A stretch of 61,245 bases of DNA, filler included. It is 8 parts of 8 records of this genome, joined end to end, with 100 filler letters (N's around TTAATTAATTAA, not from the genome) between each part and the next. Parts side by side here need not be neighbours in the genome. Positions count along the whole stretch, not along the records: positions 51,470 to 61,245 come from SRR31147125_18941; 7 more parts are not named here. One strand, 5' to 3'. The position numbers and the translations under genes were made by a program. The notes below the pieces were generated by a model, which saw only the letters and a program-made list of their open reading frames with translations, was not told where the DNA came from and did not search any database. Below are positions 51,470 through 61,245 of the stretch, in pieces (the stretch's first letter is position 1; each line of letters starts with the position of its first letter).

Positions 51470-53537
51470 CCGGCATCTGCAGATCCATCAGCACGGCATC
51501 ATACGGCGTGCCGTGTGACAGGGCCTGTTTTATCGATTGTAGCGCTTCCAGACCGTTTTGGGCGTCCTGCACATCTATTTCCACGGCCTCCAACAATTCA
51601 ACGGCCACTTGCCGGTTGATTTCATTGTCTTCCACCAGAAGAACCCGGGCACCGCCGATCGTCTGCACCCCTTCAACGGGGTTTGGTAAATACCGGGATT
51701 TAACGGTTTCACCCATGTCGGATTTTCCGAAAACCTCCATGACACTATCAAATAACAAAGAGCGATTCACAGGTTTTACCAAAAATCCCTCGATCCCCAC
51801 GGACAGGGGGTGTTTCAATATCTCTTCCCGACCGTAAGCGGTCACCATCAAAATGTGCGGAATGTGCAGCAGAGTGTTGTTTCCCTTTATTTTACGAGCC
51901 GCTTCAATGCCGTTCATTCCCGGCATTTTCCAGTCCATGAGCACCAACTGATATGGCGTTCCATGGATGGTCCGCTCAAGTTCAACAATGGCTTCCGGCC
52001 CGGAAGCCGCTTGAGTGACATCAAAGGAAAAGGACTCCAGGGCATTACAGAGAATTTCCCGAGCCACGGGATTGTCGTCCACCACCAGGGTTTTCAAGCC
52101 GTGTAGCTCTTCCGGACAAATCAACGGTTCGTCCTCTTCATTACCTGTACGGTCAAAGCAGGCGGTGAAAATAAATTCACTGCCCTTGCCGTAATTGCTC
52201 TTCACCTCTATCCCGCCCCCCATCATCTCCACCAGGCGCTTTGAAATATTCAAGCCCAAGCCGGTTCCGCCGTATTTCCGAGTGGTGGAGGTATCCGCCT
52301 GTGAAAAGGACTCGAACAGATCTGACATCTGCTCTTCGGTCATGCCGATTCCCGTATCCTTGACGGAAAATCGTAAGACAATATTACCTTCAATACTGCC
52401 TTCCGAATCGTTTTTTGCCATACGGGCATCTTTTTTATCCATTTCAATTTTAACGTGAAGATGCCCCTTTTCAGTAAATTTGACGGCATTATTGCATAAA
52501 TTGATCAACACCTGTCCCAATCGCAGCGGATCACCCGAAAGCGTCAAGGGAACATCTCTGTCCACATTGAACAACAGTTCGATTCCTTTTTCATCGGCTT
52601 TCATGGTGATCAAGTTGGATAAATTATCCAGCACATCCTCGAGATTGAAGGGCACCGATTCCATTTGGAGTTTGCCGGCTTCAATTTTGGAAAAATCGAG
52701 AATATCATTGATAATCCCCAGTAAAGACTGGGCGGAGCACTCGATTTTTTTCAGATAGTCCTGTTGTTTTTCCGTCAGTTCGGTTCTAAGCGCCAGCCCG
52801 GAAAGGCCCATGATGGCATTCATGGGGGTGCGAATCTCATGGCTCATGTTCGCCAAAAAGCGACTTTTGGCCTGATTGGCCTCTTCCCCCTTTTTAAGGG
52901 CCGCCTCCAATGCCAGGTTTTTTTGATCCAGCTCCCGGGTTCGCTCCGCCACCTTGGATGTCAGTGTACGGTTGTACTCTTCGAGCTTTTCATTGCTCTC
53001 TTGCAGTTTCACCCCGGTTTTTCGGAGGGTTTCCACCAACACTTCATTGTGATGAATTTGATGATGATAATCCACGGCATGCTCCAAAATTCCCAGCAGC
53101 ACATGGAAATTGCTCCCTTTGGTCACATAACCAAACGGGCGAAATTCGTTCATCACATCGTAGGGATCTTTCAGATCCTGATAGGCGGAGTGAAAAATAA
53201 TGGGCAGGTGAATGTAGAGCTGTTTCAGCTCTTTAAAGGTTTGAAACCCGTCTTTTTCCATCTTGATATCCAGAATGACGGCTGCCACATCCCCGCTCAC
53301 CGCCGCCACTCCCTGGTCGCCGTCGGAACAGGTGATGATCCTGAATTTGTCCCTCAACACCAGTTGAAGGGACTCCCGGATACCGGCATCATCGTCGATG
53401 ATCATTATCAGGGGGAGTTCATCGGTCCGGGCAAAATGTCCGGGGGACGACCGGCCGGTCAGCGGTTCGCTGGATTCGGTTTTATCTTTTAAATCAGATG
53501 TTCTTTCACGAAAGATATCAAATTCATCCACAGGCAT
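51470..53537 (-). CDS. Hybrid histidine kinase REC-HisKA-HATPase-REC-REC (3' truncated)
   Basis: [27 protein letters not shown] and three receiver domains. Start ATG 53537 follows GAGGA. Confidence 0.93.
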
Positions 53538-54003
53538 GGGAGACGTCCTCGTATTTTTGAAATGCGGTTTGAATGGTGACCAGCAGTTCCGAAACCGAAT
53601 ATTCTCCTTTGGTGAGGTATCCGTCATGGGGAAGTCCGGCAGTCGAGTCGGCATGGGCGTTGTCACCGGGATAGGCGGAGTGGAAGATGATTCGAATGTT
53701 CGGATTCAACCCTTTGAGCAGACTGAAAATCGTAATCCCGTCTTTTTGGGCCATTTTGATGTCCAGCAACGCCACTTTGACTTTGGCGGCCACGGCCTCG
53801 GCATCTTCAAAACAGTGGTGTGCCGACAGGCGATAGTGGGGTTTCAGAACCGTATGCAATGCCTCTATGACCTCGGGATTGTCATCGATGATCAACAGAT
53901 CTTCCTTGACTTTGGAGGTCAGCGATTCCGGGGGCTCTCTGAAAATCGAATCACGTATGGATTGAATGGTTTCCATGGCTTCGGATTTCCTCATTTGGAT
54001 CAA
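53524..54003 (-). CDS. Single-domain response regulator
   Basis: IIDD, LLDIKM, FHSAY and YLTKG. Confidence 0.88.
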   Translation of the reverse strand: MIQMRKSEAMETIQSIRDSIFREPPESLTSKVKEDLLIIDDNPEVIEALHTVLKPHYRLSAHHCFEDAEAVAAKVKVALLDIKMAQKDGITIFSLLKGLNPNIRIIFHSAYPGDNAHADSTAGLPHDGYLTKGEYSVSELLVTIQTAFQKYEDVSHACG

Positions 54004-54030
54004 CTTCGGTTACGCAATCTCTATGCAGGT

Positions 54031-57000
54031 TTACAGGTCTACCGGTAATTTCACATTAAAAGCGGCTCCATGTCCCAATTCGCTCTCAACAAAGATATCT
54101 CCCTTATAGAAAGAGATGATTTTCCTTACCACTCCCAAGCCAAGACCGGTACCGGTTTCGGGCTTGGTGGAAAAAAAGGCCTCGAAAATTCGGGGCTGAT
54201 GCTCAGCGGAAATTCCCACACCATTGTCACTCACTCGGACTTCATAACTAAGATCGGAAGCACTGGAAACAATTCGGATCTTTCGCGGATGATTCGCCGG
54301 CAATGATTCATCCAGCACGGCATCCCGGGCGTTCAAGATCAGATTTGAAAAAACGGATATAAAATGAGACTCTCTTCCGGTGATACGGCTGTTGTCGGCC
54401 GTCAATTCAATTTCCAGTTCAATGCCGTACCCGGCAAAATCGGATCGATATCCCTGTACCACGTCAAAAATGAGTTGATCCAGATGAAGGGTTTGACCAT
54501 TGGCGGTTTCCCGACCCAGGCGGGCATAATCCATGATTTGCTGGGTAATGGACAACCCCTGGAACACGGATTTATACGTGATATCCAGCACCTCATCCAC
54601 ATACTCTTCATTGGCAAATATTTTTTTCATGGTGGTCAGGACGTGATCCATATCCTCATCCGGCAGACGCCCTTTCAGGTAGAGAAAGATCTCTTTGAGG
54701 CTCCGACTGTTTTGCAAGGATAAACTGACATGGGGTTCAGGCTTGTCATATCCCAACGCCTGCTCAATGACCAGTTTCGACCCCACCAGGGCATTTCGCA
54801 TCTCATGGGCAAACCCCCCGGCCATCTGCTGCTCTGTGGCCTCTTTTTCAAGGGCAACAATCTGATCGTGCGCTTCGTTAAGCGCCTCTGTGCGCTGTTT
54901 TACCTTCTCTTCCAGGTTTTCCACCAATTCGGTGTTCTCCATGGAAATGGCGATCTGGGCCGACAGAATCCGCAACACCTCAAGCCTGGCTTCGGTAAAA
55001 GCCCCTTCAACCAGATTGTTCTCCAGGTACAAAATGGCAAAGAGTTCCCCTTTACTCAAGATCGGAAAGCACACTACGGATTTCGGCTGTTTTTTTCGAA
55101 TGTAGGGATCTTTTGCATAATGGCTCTCTTTACCGATATTCACAAATACCAGCTCTTCTTTGGTTCTGGCCACAAGATTGACAACGGATAAGGGAACGCT
55201 CCCGTACTCTTCCACAGCCAGGGACTGCATCACGCCGGTTACGCCGTCAACGTTGCCTTCCGCCTGAATGATGAGTGAGTCATTTTCACTTTTAATCAAC
55301 AAACTTCTTTGGGCACCGGCATTCTCAATGAGAATCGCCATCATTTTTTCCAGCAGATTTTTGAGTTTGACCTCCCCGGAAAGGGTTTGGGAAGCTTTCA
55401 TGATGCTTTGGATATCTAAGGCCGATTCCCTTGATACTTTAGGTTCTCTTGCCGATGTGATTGGAACACTTGGTTCGAGATATTTGGGATAACTGTTTTC
55501 CAGATGCTTTACCTTGGCGGTTGCCCCCATCGCCGGTAACAGTGGTACGCTTCCAGCAGAAAGAAAGAAGCGGATCTGGATTGCCCCGCTCCATATAAAA
55601 CTTTGCAGCCAGTTCACCGGCCAAAGCAGCCTCGTTGATATAACTGTTTTCATATGCCGTTTCCATGGCCTTTTCGTAAAATCCCGCCGCTTCGGTATGA
55701 TCCCCAGTTATTCGAAAATATTCAGCCTGCAACAAATAAAATTTATGCAAAAAATTTACCCGGCCGAACTCCGCCCATTCCTCAAGGGTTTTCATAGCTG
55801 TTACAGCTTTATTGAGGTAAATTTCTTTTTCATTGGGATCGGATGTTATGGTGTAAAGGCGCATGTAGGCCAAAGGAACATAAAACAGCGTATCACTGAT
55901 GACATAAGTCATGGGGACATTGAGATTGGTTCCATTTATCTCAGCGTCCGACAAGTGACTCGGAAGATCCTTATCCTCTTCAAACAGATAGGCGAGGATG
56001 ATGTTTTTAATATTGATCTGCCAGGTGAAGAGTTTTATCGTTCCCTCCTGGTGTCCTTGGAACAACTGTTCAAGATCGAGTTTCAGGGCGCCGGGATTTT
56101 CACTCTTCCCAAGTAACGCCTCATTATACGCAATTTCCAATGTCAGCGGCGGGGTCAATACCGATTGGTTTAATTGAATGATGCCGTTTAGATTGGCCTT
56201 GGCTTTTTCTCCGATTTGACTCAATTGCGTATCCGTACGGCTGAGGCACATAATATAGTTGGTAAGCATGTAGGCGGCATATTCAAAATCCCCAACATTT
56301 AAAGTGACAGGGTAGTGATTCATCATTTTTTGACAAACGTCCTGAAAATGGTGCTTTTGTCCAAACGTGTAGATGCATATAAATGCCACCGAACGTCCTT
56401 TGACCTCCTCATTACCAACCCCTTTATCCATCAATTCAAGTGCTGTATCGCTCAATTGATACGCGCTGACGATGTCCCCCATCAAAAGCCGAACAAAGGC
56501 GAAAAATGCAATGAGGTAGGGCGTCTCCTGTGAAAGTCCCTTTTTTAAAGTCAGCTTCATCAAATGGCCGACCACCACGGGAATAAGCTCGGTACCCGCC
56601 CAGATAAATGCCACTGCACCGATGTAAAACAGTCGCATTACCAGTTGATTGTCACTCTCTTTCATCCAAGAAAGCCGCTGAATGGATTCAACACCTTGTT
56701 GCGCCAGTATGTCATTGATTTCAGTTAGAATTGCCACGGTTTGCTCTTGCGTCGGGTTTCTCGGGATTTCAATATCCAGAGAAGCAAAAATTGCCAGCAA
56801 CGCATCAATGGCCCGAAGCGGTTGGTTTTGTGCAATGAGACTGAGCAGACGATACTCATAAGCGATGGAGCGCTCCTCCATGGCGTGTGTCGAAACCAAC
56901 ACGGTTTCAACCAAAGAATCCATCTCTTTAAAATCACCGCTGAGATAGGCGATTTGAACAGCTTCGTCATGGAGGGCCAGGGTCAAACCATGCTGGGTCT

Positions 57001-59325
57001 GCCAATGCCCCGACGGCAATAGACGGATTGCGCTTCGAATATATTCTGCGGCAAGTTTATACGCCGCAGATACTTTTGCGTGTCGTCCGGCCCGTAAGTT
57101 CAACTCCGCCAACTCCAACTTTTGGGTTTCATCGTCGATTAGAGCCATGCCGACATTCAAATGATTCACGACATTAAACAGCATCTCTTCCCTGTCTGCG
57201 GAGTGTAATGTCTCTTCAAGGGTTTTATAATTATCCAGCAATAAAAAACCGATTTTCAAATGCAGGGGAGGCCTGGCTTCTTGAGAAATCATGGAGTACG
57301 CTGCTTGCTGGATGCGATCGTGGATGAAACGATAATGGCCGGCATGTTCAGGCGTCAACAGCTGTTCCATGGTTGCGGCTTCAAGGGCGGCTTCCAAATA
57401 TTCGATACTTTTTCTCGAAATAATACTCAGGGTGGGGATGTCAAACCGATTACCGATACAGGCGGTCAGCTTCAAGATCTCCTGAACGTCGGAAGATAGC
57501 CCTTCGATCTTATTGCAGAGCAATTCAACCACATTGTCCGTAAGGTTTTTCTTTTTAATCTCGGTCAAATTCCATACCCACCGTTCTTCCCCGTGGTCGA
57601 ACTTTAACAGGTTCTCCTTAAACAGATTTTCAAAAAATGGATCGTAAAAAACGCATTACCTCCGGTTTTTTCATAAATGAGTGTTGATAGTTCCAACACC
57701 ATTTTTCTATGCGCCCCTTTTCTTATTCGTAATGTATCGGCCACCCAATCCTGGATGTTTTCGAATGAAAGATTTTCCAAAGGTATGGTGTTGACGGCAA
57801 TATGGTGTTGTTGAACCTCCTTCAACATCATCATCAATGGATGCACCGGAGAGACCTCGTTATCCCGATAGGCACCGATGAATAAAAGAGAATCGGTTTG
57901 CCGGTTCTCCATTAAAATCTGAAGCAAGTCCAATGAACCGGGATCTGCCCACTGCAGATCATCGATAAACATGACAAGCGGATGATCCTTGACGGATATG
58001 GCTTCAAAAAACCGTTGAAACACATAGTTAAATCGTCTTCTGGATTCATCACCACCAACAGTGGGAACATCCGGTTGCGGACCGATCACCGCCTCCAGTT
58101 TCGGAATAATGTCCGTCAATACTTTTCCCGATTGCCCCACTGCTCTTAGGATTCTCTCTTGCCAACGGATCAATTCACGCTGTTTTTCCGACAGCACCAG
58201 TCGACAGAATTGATTTAGGGCCTGTATAAAAGCGGCATAGGGGGTCGTCCGCTGCAATGGATTGAACTTTCCACTAATAAAATATCCATTGTCTTTGGTG
58301 ATCGGCCGATGGATTTCATTCACCAACGCCGTTTTTCCGGTACCGGAATAACCGGCAATCATCAAAAGCGTCTTACCGCCCTCCCTGACATCCTGATAGG
58401 CCTTCAATAGGTGGTCTATTTCTTCTTTGCGACCGTATAGTTTTTCAGGAATCCGGGGGATTCCGGAAATGTCTTTCTCCCCTAATTCAAAATCCGCCAT
58501 TCCCCACTTTTTCACCTTCTCCAAATCGTACTTCACCCCTAAGGAGGACTGGTAACGATCTTCCGGGTTTTTCGCCATCAGTTTTAAAATGATATCGGAA
58601 ATCACAGGGGGAATATTGGGATTTACGACATTGGGAGGTTCTGGCTCCCGTGCCAAATGGGCATATATCATTTCATTTGAATCTTCAGAAACAAAAGGAG
58701 GTTGACCCGTGGCCAATTCATAAAAGACCACACCGGCACTGTAGAGATCTGCCCGTTGATCCACAGTATGGTTCATACGCCCGGTTTGTTCCGGTGAAAT
58801 GTATGCCAGGTTTTCGGGGATACGCGTGACACTCTCATAGTATCCGATTTTCAACTGAATTTTGGATGCCCCGAAAAAATTGATTATTTTCAGGCTTTTT
58901 GTGTCAGGATCCCAGACGATATTTGCGGGAGTAATGGAGCCGTGGATGATATTCCGGGAATGGATGTCGGACAGTCCACTTGCGATGCCGTGTGCCAGCT
59001 CCACAAAAAGCGCCGTATTGAAAGACTTTAAAGGTAAATTGTCCTGCATCAAAGAACCGGGGGCATCCGCCATGACAACGGCGGGGAAAACAGAATGCTC
59101 GATCCATTCAACAGCGTCAATCACATTTTGAGAATCCACCTCTTCAAGAAAATTGAACTCTTGATGCAATTTTTTCACAATAGTTGGATCGGATGCACTC
59201 TTTTTTTCCAACAGCTTGATCATGCAGGGGCGATTATGGACAGTATGAACGGCGCGGTAGAGTAACGTATCGTCGTCTTGATGAATTACCTCTTTCAGTT
59301 GAAAATCCGGTATCCTCATCGTCAT
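54031..59325 (-). CDS. Giant S/T (pseudo)kinase-AAA ATPase-helical-GAF-histidine kinase, about 1765 aa, split by three homopolymer frameshifts
   Basis: YISPEQTGRMN, GYSGTGKT, FIDDLQWAD, WGATAKV, GAF (YLENN...AFT), AHEMRN and GTGLGL. Single-base losses near 57630, 55585 and 55526 restore one frame. Confidence 0.88.
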
Positions 59326-59467
59326 ACACCTCGGTTTTTGATGTAGTCGGTTAATTCAAAAATGGGGGATGCCCAAATCCATTGAAACGGTGAAAGCAAC
59401 GCAACACGCTACCCCTAGATCTAAGACCGATCATCAACAGGATCGGGACACGCTCCCCAAATTACGA

Positions 59468-59977
59468 TCAACAAGAACTTAGAATAATTTCAGCTTCAGG
59501 TGCATTCTTGAATTTATACTCGGTGAGCAAATCCGTCTCCATTGTGAAATACGGCATTACGATCACCATAGTATCACACTCATCCCGTTCAAAGGGAATA
59601 TCTACATTGAGTAGACCGGCATCCACCCGCTCGGAAACTTTTTGATTCAGCTTTCCATTTTGCTCAAAAACACTTTCGGTAATGGATAAAGGTCCTTCAA
59701 CATATTGCACCTCTCCTTTGTCTTTGTGAAAACTGGCAACGGGCCACCGAGTTCCATACGGGTCCAATTTGACAATGGCATCTTCGGGTATTTTCATTCC
59801 GACAAATTCTTCCAGCAACGGACGCGGATCACTCTCAAAAAATTCACGGATCCCTTCATTGGCGATGCAAGATGCCATCAACAGCATGTAACGTTCACAG
59901 ACCTTTTGCAATTTGAACTTGGGGTGAGCTTCTTCGAGCAATGTCAAAATGTTGTCCAATTTCATACTTTCAGCCAT
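59468..59977 (-). CDS. Nitrile-hydratase-leader-like (NHLP-like) protein; candidate radical SAM substrate; possible Sec readthrough to 59462
   Basis: LMASCIANEGIREFFESDPRPLLEEFVGMKIPED resembles NHLP leaders; ends EIILSSC-TGA-TCG-TAA; GAGGA RBS before ATG 59977. Confidence 0.65.
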   Translation of the reverse strand: MAESMKLDNILTLLEEAHPKFKLQKVCERYMLLMASCIANEGIREFFESDPRPLLEEFVGMKIPEDAIVKLDPYGTRWPVASFHKDKGEVQYVEGPLSITESVFEQNGKLNQKVSERVDAGLLNVDIPFERDECDTMVIVMPYFTMETDLLTEYKFKNAPEAEIILSSC

Positions 59978-60128
59978 AATTTTCCTCATAAATTAAGGTT
60001 TGGGGTATTTTCCGGAAATGAACCGGAAAGGGTGGTATGAAAGATTTCAATTCGTACCCAATCCACTGTCAGTGAATTTTCGATAAATGAAATCGAATCA
60101 TTCTTAGCGTGCCCGTATCCATGAAGAT

Positions 60129-61245
60129 CTAAATATAGGCAGTCTCAAACTGTGTCAATAGTAATGAAGATGCCGTGACAAGGGGAATGTACCAATCGTC
60201 GACAGCGATACCGAGCTTCTCTTTTACGGCCCAGCTTTGGTACTCTGTTTCCTGAAACTTTGCAGACACCATGATCTCCCTTGCCGTATCAAAATCGAGC
60301 ATATGGTGTTTTGTTTTCCCTGAACACGGCCGGGTATCCGCAACCAAATATCCGTTTGCAAAGGGCTTCATCACCAGATACGATTCTTTCCAGGATTTTT
60401 TCCATTCCGCCACTTTCGCAGCGATTTCCCGGATCAGTTCAGGACAATCATGGGCGCCGCTGGGATAATCTCCGATAAACCGATAGGCTGATCGGCTCAC
60501 ATCGATGTGATCGGGATAGACCATTTGATAGACCGCCCAGGGCCTCAGGTTCTGGATATTGTGTTCTTTCGGGTGCTCGAAATAGGTGCAGAAGCGATCC
60601 AAAGACAAATGCCGAAAAACCTCGGGAGGATTTAAATGATACAAGAGTGGCAACAAATCAACTGTTTCCCTGTAATCTTCGATCCGGTCATTTGGAAACC
60701 CCCAAAGCAGGTTATATGAGACAAAGAGTCCCAAAGCAGCGGCATTTCTCAACAATAATATATTTTGACGGACAGTTGCCCCTTTGTTGATGCTTTTCAG
60801 CAAACGGTTGGACAACGCTTCAATACCCGGCTTGATCACTTTGATATTGGTTTTTTTCAGATCGATGAGCTCCTGAAGGGTGAAATCCGCACGCAGCTCA
60901 CAAGTCTTGGACGAGGCGGCTGAACAACTGCCGAGCATCGGCAGAAGGTCTTTGCAAAAATCGGCAGGGAGCATCTTGTCCACAAACAATATGGGGTAAT
61001 TGGGGTATTTTTCCGAAAGGAACTCCAGCTCCTTGGCCACTTTATGTCGTGTTTTTTGTCGGAATGCAGCACGCTTGCCGTTCATCCCGCAAAACCGGCA
61101 TTTGCCCCACTCGCATCCCCGGGTGGCTTCATACCCCAGGGTAATCCCTTTGAGCGGACGCTCTTTAAAGAACGCCCCCATTTGATCAAAATAACTTTGA
61201 TACTCCGGCAAAGGGACGGCATCCAGATCCAGGACAGGATCTCCT
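60129..61245 (-). CDS. RiPP-maturation-type (B12-dependent class) radical SAM protein (5' truncated)
   Basis: EATRGCEWGKCRFCGMNG (CxxxCxxC), PGIEALS, YNLLWGFP, LYHLNPP and LDRF. Confidence 0.85.
   Translation of the reverse strand, partial: GDPVLDLDAVPLPEYQSYFDQMGAFFKERPLKGITLGYEATRGCEWGKCRFCGMNGKRAAFRQKTRHKVAKELEFLSEKYPNYPILFVDKMLPADFCKDLLPMLGSCSAASSKTCELRADFTLQELIDLKKTNIKVIKPGIEALSNRLLKSINKGATVRQNILLLRNAAALGLFVSYNLLWGFPNDRIEDYRETVDLLPLLYHLNPPEVFRHLSLDRFCTYFEHPKEHNIQNLRPWAVYQMVYPDHIDVSRSAYRFIGDYPSGAHDCPELIREIAAKVAEWKKSWKESYLVMKPFANGYLVADTRPCSGKTKHHMLDFDTAREIMVSAKFQETEYQSWAVKEKLGIAVDDWYIPLVTASSLLLTQFETAYI

Noticed and set aside
52764-56116. Several long plus-strand ORFs (242, 216, 153 and 200 aa)
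   Set aside because: Antisense shadows of kinase genes in higher-GC DNA.
54031-59325. Three separate genes, or a pseudogene
   Set aside because: The conserved family sequence (e.g. EAYHCYRRWGATAKV) is restored by single-base additions in homopolymer runs.

Overview
This is not one locus. It is eight unrelated contig fragments joined by 100-bp artificial spacers (N44-TTAATTAATTAA-N44). (1) 1-5387, low-GC Firmicute: Lrp, a VanW-like protein, the NusG-II/Gx pair, DUF1893, DUF3842 and an ECF S-component. (2) 5488-12856, Firmicute: an L,D-transpeptidase/VanX-like fusion, a PAS-GGDEF-EAL protein, and pstSCAB with a Pho box; PstA carries a PDZ-like insert. (3) 12957-18272: an arabinofuranoside locus (GH51, LacI with three operators, GH127, sugar-binding protein). 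(4) 18373-28539, Bacteroidota-like: housekeeping genes plus an operon of membrane-anchored, phage-lysin-type peptidoglycan enzymes and two DUF4230 proteins, with no phage genes. (5) 28640-35200, Firmicute: luxE/luxC-like genes, leuCD-like genes with LysR, and iscSU. (6) 35301-45166: a siphophage neck/tail module with a C1q-tipped fibre. (7) 45267-51369: AraC, MMPL, LolA-like protein and a putative beta-barrel. (8) 51470-61245, higher GC and Desulfobacterota-like: a RiPP-type radical SAM, a nitrile-hydratase-leader-like protein ending ...SSC-TGA-TCG-TAA (possible Cys-Sec-Ser tail), a giant pseudokinase-ATPase-GAF-histidine kinase and a phosphorelay. The best candidates for undescribed systems are the contig 8 radical SAM/NHLP/sensor cluster and the contig 4 lysin/DUF4230 operon. 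Several split genes are explained by single-base losses in homopolymers, probably sequencing errors. Taxonomy and family names come from motif recognition, not from database searches.
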